A DNA stretch of 64,000 nucleotides from an uncultured Acidobacteriaceae bacterium (lineage in GTDB: Bacteria > Acidobacteriota > Terriglobia > Terriglobales > Acidobacteriaceae): assembly GCA_963770245.1 (NCBI GenBank), contig CAVYOX010000005.1, positions 169 through 64,168 of the forward strand, in the 5' to 3' direction. Below are positions 49,675 to 58,504 of this stretch, one piece after another (position 1 is the first letter of the stretch; every line of letters starts with the position of its first letter). A program made the position numbers and the translations under genes. The notes below the pieces were generated by a model. That model searched no databases and was not told where the DNA came from. It saw only the letters and a program-made list of their open reading frames with translations.

Positions 49675-51660
49675 TTACCTCGGGCTCGCGCCTGCCAATG
49701 GCGCTGGGTGCCGAAAAGGTCCATCCAACGTTTCGATCGAGATCAGGCCCGTGGGCTCAGCCGGAACCAAGCGGTAAGACTCCATGGTGATCGTGCTCAC
49801 GGGACAACGCGCGGCGCACAACCCGCAACGAATGCAGCGAGTCTCGTCCTTCAGCATCGCGGAACCACTCACCACTCCAAGGTCGTCAGCCTTCACTTCA
49901 TCCAGTTCCACTGCGAACAACTCCTGGTGCTCCCGTATTTGTTGCACCGCCTCGGGATCGAAGGCAATTCGATCCAACGACACCAGTTGCAAACAATTTT
50001 CCGGGCACACATCGACGCAGCCGCCACACAGGATGCACAGGGTGCCATCTTCAGGAGTGCCCTCGAAGACCGTATTCACCCAGCAGTGCAGACAGCGCTG
50101 CGCCTCTTGCATCGCAGTCTCGGCGTCGTAACCGATTTCCACTTCCGTCACCCCGGTGCGGCGCTCGAGCGGCAACATGGGAATCGGCTCACGGGTTAGA
50201 TCGAGCAAGTTCAGCGGCATGCCATAGCGTTTGAGCACATCCACTTCGACGATCGGTTCGGGATGCTTTTCTCCGCGCAGGAATTCATCGATGCCCACCG
50301 CCGCGCGTTTGCCATCGGCCACGCTGTCGATAATCAGGCGCGGCCCAAACACGCAGTCGCCTCCGGCGAAGATGCCATGGGCTGAGGTCATCAGGGTTTG
50401 GGGATTAACGGCGATCAAGCCCCGCGGCGAGAGCTCCACGCCATCTTCGGGTTTTAGGAAGTCCAGTCTCGGCGCCTGGCCGATGGCCATGATGATGGTG
50501 TCGCATTCCAGCTGGGTTTCACTGCCCTCGTAGAACGCCGGATTGAAGCGCTTGTTCTGATCGAACACCCACTTCGTCCTCAGCGCCTCCAGAGCGACAA
50601 CCTTGCCGTCCTGGCCGATCATCCGCTTGGGGCCCAGGCCGGGATGCATGATGATGCCTTCCATCTCCGCTTCCTCGATTTCTTCCAGGGCAGCCGGCAT
50701 TTCCTCGCGCTTTTCCAGGCAGACAAGGTTCACTTCGCTCGCCCCCAGGCGTAGCGCGGAGAGCGAGATATCCACCATTTCTCGAGTGGCAACCGCAGCC
50801 ACGTTCTCTTGCGATGGTTCCAGATCTTCGACTCCGGCAACATGCTGGCGCACCACCTCGCGAGCCGCAGAACGGGCGACATCCATAGCCACGTTCCCGC
50901 CGCCAATCACAATGACCTTCTTGCCGATGGTGAACTTGTAGCCGAGGTTCACGTTCAAGAGGAAATCAATTCCCTTGTAGACTCCGTCTAGATCGACGCC
51001 GGGAATCGTGAGGTCGCGACTGCGATGGGCTCCCACCGCGATCAGCACAGCATCAAAGCCCTGACCGCGCAGATCGGAAATCGCAAAGTCGCGCCCGGCC
51101 GAGTGATTGAGTTTGAGAGTGATGTCTCCGGTCTCGAGAATTTCCCGCACCTGGGCTTCCACGACATCGCGGGGCAAACGATATTCGGGAATGCCGAGAT
51201 AAAGCATTCCACCGGCGACCGGCGCAGCTTCAAAGATTGTGACCGAGTAGCCCATAAGGGCCAAGTCATGAGCCGCCGACAAACCGACGGGCCCGCCTCC
51301 TACAACCGCGATTTTGAATGGAAGTTTGTTCTGAGCGCGCCCGGCATTTACATCAACCGGATGTTTCGACTCGGGGCCATGGCGCTCAGTCAGAAAACGC
51401 TTCAAGGCTCGGATCGCAATGGGCCGGTCGATTTCTCCGCGACGGCATGCGGTCTCGCAAGGATGCGCGCAAACCCGGCCGCAGATACTCGCCAGCGGAT
51501 TGGGATCGCGAGCAAATTTGTAAGCTTCCTCAAAGCGGCCTTCCGCGATCAGCTCCACGTATCGGCCGGCATTGGTATGGGCCGGACAAGCCATCATGCA
51601 AGGGAAGTTGGTGTTGAGCCAATCCCGGTCCACCTTCTTATCTTTGTAGCGTTTCAACAT
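49675..51660 (-). CDS. GltD-like NAD(P)H/FAD oxidoreductase with a C-terminal 2x[4Fe-4S] ferredoxin domain
   Basis: N-terminal Fe-S Cys pattern (CPAHTN...CGRVCAHPCETAC). Dinucleotide folds KIAVVGGGPVGLSAAHDL and KVIVIGGGNVAMDVARSA. CILCGGCVDVCP and CIRCGLCAARCP. Confidence 0.85.
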   Translation of the reverse strand: MLKRYKDKKVDRDWLNTNFPCMMACPAHTNAGRYVELIAEGRFEEAYKFARDPNPLASICGRVCAHPCETACRRGEIDRPIAIRALKRFLTERHGPESKHPVDVNAGRAQNKLPFKIAVVGGGPVGLSAAHDLALMGYSVTIFEAAPVAGGMLYLGIPEYRLPRDVVEAQVREILETGDITLKLNHSAGRDFAISDLRGQGFDAVLIAVGAHRSRDLTIPGVDLDGVYKGIDFLLNVNLGYKFTIGKKVIVIGGGNVAMDVARSAAREVVRQHVAGVEDLEPSQENVAAVATREMVDISLSALRLGASEVNLVCLEKREEMPAALEEIEEAEMEGIIMHPGLGPKRMIGQDGKVVALEALRTKWVFDQNKRFNPAFYEGSETQLECDTIIMAIGQAPRLDFLKPEDGVELSPRGLIAVNPQTLMTSAHGIFAGGDCVFGPRLIIDSVADGKRAAVGIDEFLRGEKHPEPIVEVDVLKRYGMPLNLLDLTREPIPMLPLERRTGVTEVEIGYDAETAMQEAQRCLHCWVNTVFEGTPEDGTLCILCGGCVDVCPENCLQLVSLDRIAFDPEAVQQIREHQELFAVELDEVKADDLGVVSGSAMLKDETRCIRCGLCAARCPVSTITMESYRLVPAEPTGLISIETLDGPFRHPAPLAGASPR

Positions 51661-51733
51661 GATTGGGAAGGATGCGAATCCTGGGCTGAAAAGAATTAAG
51701 GAGCGGAGATGCGCCTTCCCCGCTCCCGGCCTG

Positions 51734-52315
51734 CTATTTGCTTAGCGTGAAGTCCGCCTTGGTGTCGCCCGCAACCGTCACGGGCTTTGACTGGTTCTTT
51801 GCGCCTTCGTGCCACCCGGCTACGGTGTAGCTGCCATCGGGGACGTTCTCGATTTTGTAGTCTCCCGACTTGTCGGTCAGCGCATAGTACGGAGTCGGCG
51901 CCACGACAATGTAGCCAGACATCTCGGGATGCACATTGCACAGCAGCGGAACGGCGCCCGGGTTATCGAACTTGAACGGACGTTTCTGCCCTTGGGGCCA
52001 GGTGCCCAAGTTGTGGCCCAGTTTCTTGTTACCCCCGACGGAAATCCAAAAAACATTGTGGGCGACGCTGTCGCTGTTCAAAAACTCCACCGTCGTTCCT
52101 TGCTGCACCACGACAATGTGGGGCTGGAACATCAGGCCCTTCTGGTCCATGACCGGCTCCTCGGTGGGAGCGGGAAAGGTCTTGCCGGCTACCGCTTCAA
52201 CGTAAACTACCGACTCGCCCGTGACGCCCGACACTTTTCCAGAAATCGTGCCCGCGCTGGCGGCCGCCCCCATCATTGCGACTACTGCCATCACCATCAG
52301 TATCGTAGGTCTCAT
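51734..52315 (-). CDS. periplasmic type-1 copper (cupredoxin) protein with a CarboxypepD_reg-like C-terminal domain
   Basis: Signal peptide MRPTILMVMAVVAMMGAAASA (GGAGG RBS). Cu ligands AHNVF and the amicyanin-type loop CNVHPEM (C-x2-H-x2-M). DKSGDYKIENVPDGSYTV. Confidence 0.7.
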   Translation of the reverse strand: MRPTILMVMAVVAMMGAAASAGTISGKVSGVTGESVVYVEAVAGKTFPAPTEEPVMDQKGLMFQPHIVVVQQGTTVEFLNSDSVAHNVFWISVGGNKKLGHNLGTWPQGQKRPFKFDNPGAVPLLCNVHPEMSGYIVVAPTPYYALTDKSGDYKIENVPDGSYTVAGWHEGAKNQSKPVTVAGDTKADFTLSK

Positions 52316-52362
52316 TCTTGCCTCCATTGTGTCCGCAATCACTTGCGGTTGAATCCTGGTCG

Positions 52363-53940
52363 TTAGTAGGCGAACTCCAAGCCGCCCGTGGCGGTATTTG
52401 TACGGAATAGGTTCACTGCGTTTCCATTCGTGTCGTAGGTGAGGGCCTGCTGCGGCCGGAACGCATACTCAAACGACGCCTTGATGTTGGCGTGGATCAG
52501 GAATTGTACCCCAGGGGTAATCCGGTCGCGCGTGCTCCCCACAGGCGAGTAAAAGTTCAGGCTACCCGCCTGATTCAGAAAATCCGCTGAGGACTGGACG
52601 CGATCCCAACGCAGGATTCCCATCACCCACGGGAGCATGAGATAGTCGGCCTCGAGGAAGCCGCCACTGAACTTGGCTGGGCTGCCGGGAACGAATCCAG
52701 TGAACAGAGGGTTAAACAACGAATCTTGATCGTGGCCATACATGTACAGGCCAAACAGATTGAAGGTGTGGTAGTTGAAACTGAAATCGCCTCCGACACG
52801 ATAGAACGGCTCATGCGCGGTGATCACCGCGGACGTCACCCCGTCCGACGCGAAACCAGAGAAACGCTGCTCTGAACTGCCGTAGAAGGAATACGCGCCC
52901 ACGCTTAAGTATGTATGGTCACGCGGCCCACTCGCGCCGGCCGCCTGGATCGAATTGCGGCTCGCAGCGTCCTTCTCCAGATTAAATCGGTAGGAGACAT
53001 TGGCGTAGAGATCCTTAAAACTGGAGTCTGAGAAAAAGCCAACCCCCGGGGCGCCGATCTGTCCTCCCGTAGGCGAAGGCACATTGGTCGCAGACGAGGA
53101 ACTGCCGCCGCTGGTGTTTTGATCCACGATGGCCAGCGAATAACGATATCCCTTGTAAAGATGGCCTCCACTGAACTCGATTCCGCGGGCGGCATCGCTC
53201 AACGCAAACAAGTTGTTTACCCCCGCTTGCGGGTTCTGTTGATTGGCCACGGCAATGTTGGCCTCGGTGTAAATATCGTATGGGCTGATATTGATCGACC
53301 GAGCTTGCGTAAAAGGCAAGTCGAGTTCGAACTGGCCCACCCTCATGGTCAACGCGTCCGTCGGCAGCTTGAAGAAGCGTCCAATGTTGACGAAGCGCAG
53401 ATAACCGTCACCAAGCCCGCCATTCGCGTTCTCTCCCGCCACGCTAATATCGTCATCCACCCAGAAGGCGATATCGCTCCCAAAATTTCCTGCCATGAAG
53501 ATGCTGAAAAAACCCGGTTCAAAATCGGTGGTCGGAACATTCGGTATTTGCAGCGTCCCCGGGGTCCCTGTAGGCGTCTGGTTGTAGTTGTTGGCGCTGC
53601 CGTTGGTGTACTGGAAAAACTGGTTGAAGCGCAGGCCAATGGGGGGTAGCCCTGGGATGGTCCCCGGAAATATGGTGTGCGGCCACAGCTCTTTCTGCGC
53701 AGGCGCTCCGAGCATTATGGGCGCGAGCTTGATAAACGCGTCATCATCCTTGGGAAACTTGAACCCCGCATCCTTAAAAGCTTTGCCGAAGTCATTCAGT
53801 TTGGGAAAGTCGACATGGCAGGTGCTGCACGAGGTGCCGTATTGACGGGAAAAGGCCGGAATGGCGTGACTATGAGTCGAAAACAACAAGCATGCAAACA
53901 GCTCCAGGAACACAACCGACATGCGATGATGCACTTGCAT
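52363..53940 (-). CDS. outer-membrane beta-barrel-like protein with an N-terminal c-type haem motif (Cyc2-like architecture)
   Basis: Signal peptide ...FSTHSHA|IPAF. A single CSTCH lies about a dozen residues into the mature chain. About 480 aa follow, rich in alternating Gly, aromatic and polar residues. The C-terminus is ...GGLEFAY (aromatic terminal residue typical of OMPs). ggaggagg RBS. Confidence 0.55.
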   Translation of the reverse strand: MQVHHRMSVVFLELFACLLFSTHSHAIPAFSRQYGTSCSTCHVDFPKLNDFGKAFKDAGFKFPKDDDAFIKLAPIMLGAPAQKELWPHTIFPGTIPGLPPIGLRFNQFFQYTNGSANNYNQTPTGTPGTLQIPNVPTTDFEPGFFSIFMAGNFGSDIAFWVDDDISVAGENANGGLGDGYLRFVNIGRFFKLPTDALTMRVGQFELDLPFTQARSINISPYDIYTEANIAVANQQNPQAGVNNLFALSDAARGIEFSGGHLYKGYRYSLAIVDQNTSGGSSSSATNVPSPTGGQIGAPGVGFFSDSSFKDLYANVSYRFNLEKDAASRNSIQAAGASGPRDHTYLSVGAYSFYGSSEQRFSGFASDGVTSAVITAHEPFYRVGGDFSFNYHTFNLFGLYMYGHDQDSLFNPLFTGFVPGSPAKFSGGFLEADYLMLPWVMGILRWDRVQSSADFLNQAGSLNFYSPVGSTRDRITPGVQFLIHANIKASFEYAFRPQQALTYDTNGNAVNLFRTNTATGGLEFAY

Positions 53941-54047
53941 CTCCCGCCTCCTCCGTGAAGTTACTCGTATTTAGCTGCACCACCTCTGATGGTGCTGATT
54001 CTGAGGCACAACAGCAGAATTGCGCCGCAGCAAGCATCACGTGGCAG

Positions 54048-54063
54048 TGTGATTGAGATCACA
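54048..54063. promoter_or_regulatory. perfect CRP/FNR-family type palindrome TGTGATTGAGATCACA
   Basis: Perfect TGTGA-N6-TCACA (also 6-4-6 TGTGAT/ATCACA). Centred about 115 nt upstream of the ATG at 53940, in the divergent intergenic region. Confidence 0.45.
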
Positions 54064-54453
54064 GGTTGGCGCAAGTTTCCAACTAGGTTCTGTGCGATCT
54101 TCGCTTTGACAAATTGAAATGGGACACAGCCGGTTGAAACGAAACATTTCTAGCTGCCGCCGCATGTGGCCAGCCGAATCGCTTTGAAGTTGACGCCGAA
54201 CAACACCCGCCTTATTTTGCGGTGCGTACCTCCGACCGGACATATTGTGCCCACTACGAAACTCCTGTCCTTGACCAGATCGATGATCTGTTTTTTTGCG
54301 AAGGAGAAAGACCTTAAGATTGTACTGCCTGCGGTCGCCCGAGGCAGGCGGCGTTGCCACCTCCGTCCGAAATACCTCGGAACCACCCCGCGACCTACCG
54401 TACGTACCCGACGGTAATGTTACTCAGGCGCGGCAGGTGGGTATAGTTGATCC

Positions 54454-55578
54454 ATGCAAACCACGGCGGCCGTCCATTGCCCTAGATGTGGCTATGACGG
54501 CAACAATCCCTACTTCCGCTACTGCGGGATGTGCGGGTTCGCATTGCGCAATGAAGCGCGAACGCGGCCTGCGCCGCCGGTGGCACGCCCGGCCTCTGCG
54601 CTGCCCCCTGCGCTGACGATTGACAGCTATTCCATTCTGGGGTTGCAGGATCAGTCATTCGAGCCGGCGATTCACCCCGAAGACGCTCGTCAACCGCCGC
54701 CTGGCCTTAACGATGCACCGCGGCACCGCGCGGATTACCTTCTCGACGACGATGAGCCGAGCTCACCGCGCTGGCGTATCTATCTGTTAGTGGTTTTGCT
54801 CCTGATCGGTGCCGGGGCGCTGGCTTGGCAGTGGCAAGGATCCGGAAATGCCGCGATGGTTTGGTCGGTGTTATCGCCCGCGAGCCCCCGGGCGAGTCAC
54901 GCCGCGCCGGCGGCTGAGGCCCCGCTCACGGCAGAAGATTCCCCGGCAACCCCGGCCCCGACCCCGGCCGCAGCCCCGACCTCTGAGGCAACTTCGGCGC
55001 CTGCGGCAACCGCCGCGCCGGTGACGGCCGACGCGCAACCTGCGCCCGCGGTTTCCGCGGCGGCGCCACCCACGCCAGTTCCGGACGACCACGCGGCAGC
55101 GCAAGCCCCGTCACCCGAAGGGACCGCCACCGAGGCGGCGCCCGCGCCGAATCAAACCGCCCGGGCGGACCTCGATGCCACGGCCGAGGCGGATTCGAAC
55201 TCTACAAGCTCAACCCAGTCCACTGCCGAAGCTGTTCCGGCCGCGCCCAAGCTCGCCACGTTTTCGGCGGCCGATGCCAACCAACTGTTCGCCGAGGGCC
55301 AGAAATATCTCTACGGCAACGGGGTCGAGCGAGACTGTGGACGCGCCCTCGAGGATCTAAGGATGGCCGCGCGCCTCAACGCAGAAGCCGCCAGCCTACT
55401 GGGCACGATGTACGCCAGCGGACACTGCGTGGGCCAGAACCTGGCCCCTGCCTACCACTGGTATGCCCGGGCCCTGCACCGCGATCCCGCGAACGCCCGC
55501 TACAAAAGTGATCTGGAAGTCTTGTGGAACCAGATGACGCCTCAGCAGAGGCAAGCCGCCCTGCGCATCGCGCCCTGA
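54454..55578 (+). CDS. zinc-ribbon, TM, Ala/Pro-rich linker and Sel1-repeat protein
   Basis: CPRCGYDGNNPYFRYCGMCG. TM WRIYLLVVLLLIGAGALAW. Sel1-like AEGQKYLYGNGVERDCGRA...LGTMYASGHCVGQNLAPAYHWY. Confidence 0.7.
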   Translation: MQTTAAVHCPRCGYDGNNPYFRYCGMCGFALRNEARTRPAPPVARPASALPPALTIDSYSILGLQDQSFEPAIHPEDARQPPPGLNDAPRHRADYLLDDDEPSSPRWRIYLLVVLLLIGAGALAWQWQGSGNAAMVWSVLSPASPRASHAAPAAEAPLTAEDSPATPAPTPAAAPTSEATSAPAATAAPVTADAQPAPAVSAAAPPTPVPDDHAAAQAPSPEGTATEAAPAPNQTARADLDATAEADSNSTSSTQSTAEAVPAAPKLATFSAADANQLFAEGQKYLYGNGVERDCGRALEDLRMAARLNAEAASLLGTMYASGHCVGQNLAPAYHWYARALHRDPANARYKSDLEVLWNQMTPQQRQAALRIAP

Positions 55579-55798
55579 GCGGTGGTCGTGAGACGCACCC
55601 AGGGCTGATACACACCCAGCTGACGCATCCCAGCCGTAACCCGCGCTCGGCCACTCCGAGCAGGCTGGTGCTAGAACCGTCGGTGTCGTTCTCATGACGG
55701 CAGATGCCTGCCCGAACCCACCCGGAATGACGAGTCGCGATCGGAAACGCAGCCTGATGGCTCACGAGCAGCTGCCGGACTGCCGGGTCCTCTGACTG

Positions 55799-56122
55799 CT
55801 ACATGGTCTGGCTTTTCATCATGCTGACGCTGGTAATCGTCATGGTGTCGCCGTCCACGGTTCCTTTCACCTTGATGTGATGCCCTTCATGGCCCTTCAG
55901 AACGTCCTGATTGGCCACCTGGAGTACGCTCTTGTCCTTGTCATTGACAAAGACCAGCGGCGATCCTTCCGACTCGCACTTCTTGACGCAGTCGGCGTCG
56001 ATCTTGCTCGATCCGCACTTGGCATCGCTGACCCATCCGGTCCACGACCCTTTCATTCCCGCAGCCATGGCTCCCGAGCTCACCAGAGTCGAGAGGGTAA
56101 TTGCTAACAGTATTCGCTTCAT
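55799..56122 (-). CDS. small secreted hypothetical protein
   Basis: Signal peptide MKRILLAITLSTLVSSGAMA. Four Cys residues in the mature part. Confidence 0.5.
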   Translation of the reverse strand: MKRILLAITLSTLVSSGAMAAGMKGSWTGWVSDAKCGSSKIDADCVKKCESEGSPLVFVNDKDKSVLQVANQDVLKGHEGHHIKVKGTVDGDTMTITSVSMMKSQTM

Positions 56123-56282
56123 TGAGATTCTCCTTGGTTGATGATTCGAAAAATGTTTTAGGTTCCCGGTGGCTTGTCGAAAGCATCACAATGCTGCTAT
56201 GGTTTCGCGTCAGCCGTTCGATTGCAAGCTGTCTTCCACATTTAGTACGTAGACCGGTGGAAAACGGATGGGCACAGCGGTG

Positions 56283-56310
56283 GGAATCCACCCGCGCCGC
56301 GCCGCCGTAC
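56283..56310 (+). promoter_or_regulatory. candidate ECF-type promoter (GGAATC-N17-CGTAC)
   Basis: A GGAAT-type -35 (56283-56288) and a CGTA-type -10 (56306-56310) lie just upstream of the ECF sigma gene. This is pattern only. Confidence 0.25.
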
Positions 56311-56332
56311 TTCCAAGAGAAGAGATAACTGT

Positions 56333-56881
56333 TTGTCCCGCGCTGAGTTCAAAGGGGTTTGGAACGACCCAGACCTGCTGTCGGCGATTCGCTCCGGTAA
56401 TACGGATGCAATGGCCATGCTCTACGACCGTTACTCTTCCATCGTATACGCAGTGGCGCTGCGAGTGCTGTGCGATACCGCAGCGGCCGAGGATGTGATG
56501 CAGGAAGTGTTCATGCGGTTGTGGCGCAGTCCGGAAACCTTTGATTCGAGCCGCGGCAGCCTGGGACCATGGCTGGCGGTGATTGCGCGAAACCGCGCCA
56601 TCGATGTGCTGCGCAAGCGCCATCCCGAGACCGACATTGAGGAAGTGGTGGTTTCGGTCGAGCCCGACATGGCCGGGGAAGCGGAACGGGCTCGCGCCAT
56701 GGAAAAGGTGCGGGGCGCACTCAGCGCCATGCCGCCCGCACAGCGAAGCGCGCTCGAAATGGCCTACTTCGAAGGACTGACTCACACCGAGATTGCGGCC
56801 AAAACAGGCGAGCCTCTTGGAACCATCAAGACTCGCATTCGCGCCGGCCTGGTAGCTTTGCGCAAGGCGGTTCATCCATGA
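56333..56881 (+). CDS. ECF (sigma-70 family) RNA polymerase sigma factor
   Basis: Region 2 AEDVMQEVFMRLW...GPWLAVIARNRAIDVLRKR. Region 4 QRSALEMAYFEGLTHTEIAAKTGEPLGTIKTRIRAGL. TTG start assumed. Confidence 0.85.
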   Translation: MSRAEFKGVWNDPDLLSAIRSGNTDAMAMLYDRYSSIVYAVALRVLCDTAAAEDVMQEVFMRLWRSPETFDSSRGSLGPWLAVIARNRAIDVLRKRHPETDIEEVVVSVEPDMAGEAERARAMEKVRGALSAMPPAQRSALEMAYFEGLTHTEIAAKTGEPLGTIKTRIRAGLVALRKAVHP

Positions 56882-57642
56882 GCGGGCACGAACAATTCGC
56901 GGACGATCTGGCACTCTATGCCCTGGAATTGTTAGAGGCGGAGCCGTTGGCGGTGCTCGAAAAGCACCTCGCCGAGTGCCCCGCCTGCCGCCGCGAACTC
57001 GAGCATCTGCGGGGAGACATGGCCCTGATGGCGCTTTCGACCGCAGGCCCCGCGCCGCCGCGCCGCGCCCGGCAGCGTCTGCTCGCCGCCTTGGCGCGGG
57101 AACCGCGGTTGAAAGTGGTGCTCGAGCGGCGTTCGGCGTGGAGCCTCGTGGGGTGGCTGGCGGCAGCCGCAGTGGCCATCCTCGCGGTCTTGCTGTGGCG
57201 CGAGAATGCCACGTTGGAGCAGCAGGTGCTAGGCCTGCGGGATGAGTCGGCCTCTCAAGTGGCGCAGCTCGAGCGCGCCCGTGAAGTGGTCGAAACCTTG
57301 ACGGCCACGGATGCGATGCGGGTCACACTGGTCGCGGCAAAAACTCCGCCGCAGCCGCAAGGAAAAGCCATCTATGTGCGCGGACGCGGCAGCCTTATTT
57401 TCCTGGCCAGCAATTTGCCGGCGGTGCCGCCCCAAAAAGCCTATGAGTTGTGGCTGATTCCGAAGAGCGGCGCGCCCATTCCCGCCGGCGTCTTTAAGCC
57501 GGATGCTCAGGGCAGCGCGACCGTCGTCAACCCGCCGCTTCCCGCCGGGACCGAGGCCAAGGCCTTCGCCATTACGGTTGAGCCCGAGGCGGGCTCGTCC
57601 ACGCCGACCATGCCGATCGTGATGGTGGGGGCGGGGGAGTAG
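56878..57642 (+). CDS. anti-sigma factor (zf-HC2 plus RskA-type C-terminal domain)
   Basis: HLAECPACRRELEHL, a single TM, then AYELWLIPKSGAPIPAGVF...AFAITVEPEAGS. ATGA overlap with the sigma gene. Confidence 0.8.
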   Translation: MSGHEQFADDLALYALELLEAEPLAVLEKHLAECPACRRELEHLRGDMALMALSTAGPAPPRRARQRLLAALAREPRLKVVLERRSAWSLVGWLAAAAVAILAVLLWRENATLEQQVLGLRDESASQVAQLERAREVVETLTATDAMRVTLVAAKTPPQPQGKAIYVRGRGSLIFLASNLPAVPPQKAYELWLIPKSGAPIPAGVFKPDAQGSATVVNPPLPAGTEAKAFAITVEPEAGSSTPTMPIVMVGAGE

Positions 57643-57719
57643 AGATCAGCGCGCGGCAATCCCGCTGGCCGGGCTGAAGGCCGGCGGCAGAAACCAATCG
57701 AGGGTTCAAGCGCCGCCGA

Positions 57720-58223
57720 CTATTTCTTGGGCGGATATTTCTCCAGCGCCTTCTTGACCATGCTGTCCAATTTTCCCTCGATCTTAGTGGCGTCGCTTTT
57801 CTCTTCGCTCGAGATCCCGCGCCACACCAGAGAATGCACGCTGGTGTCGCGGAGATCAATCACCAGAGTACCCTCGGCATACGGCACCCGCACGAAGCGC
57901 GTTCCCCACCAACCCGCAGGGTAGGCCTCGATCTCTGTCTTGCGAGCCGAGCCGAAGTGATACACGACGTTGAGATCGGAGTGCTCGGAGACGGCCGTCA
58001 GGCCCCGGGCGGTCAGATCATTCACGATGTCGGCCTCGATTTGTTTTTTTACCAGCTCGCTGTTCAGAGCGGGGTTCCGGCTGTTCAGCTGCCCGTTGCG
58101 GATGGCGAAGGTCTTGTACTTGCTGAAATCCGCGGCCTGGTCAAATTGCACGGTAACCTTCTGCGCTAGGGCGGCATGGGCCGCCAGCAAACTCAGGGTG
58201 AAGGTGAGGATGAGCCTGCTCAT
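57720..58223 (-). CDS. DUF4136-like secreted protein
   Basis: Start MSRLILTFTLSLLAAHAALA. ...GTLVIDLRDTSVHSLVWRGISSE is typical of DUF4136. Confidence 0.6.
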   Translation of the reverse strand: MSRLILTFTLSLLAAHAALAQKVTVQFDQAADFSKYKTFAIRNGQLNSRNPALNSELVKKQIEADIVNDLTARGLTAVSEHSDLNVVYHFGSARKTEIEAYPAGWWGTRFVRVPYAEGTLVIDLRDTSVHSLVWRGISSEEKSDATKIEGKLDSMVKKALEKYPPKK

Positions 58224-58504
58224 CCGCGGTGCCCCGACAGGCGAACTGGATTCTCGCTTCCGCCGGGGTGGGACGGTTTTCTGCACCTGGAACCTCCTGG
58301 GGGAATTCCAGGAAATGTATACCACGACCGCGATCCTTCGCCATAGAGGCGTGCCCGGCAGCAGCCGCAGAAAGCAGAAGACAGAAGACACGAGTTTCAC
58401 CCTTCGCCCAAAGCCGGTTCGCACGACAGGTCCGGGGATGGAAGGGAGGTTTCGGAAGGCTCGGATGGCGCGCCGGGGGAATCGAACGGGCCGCGCGATC
58501 TCCC

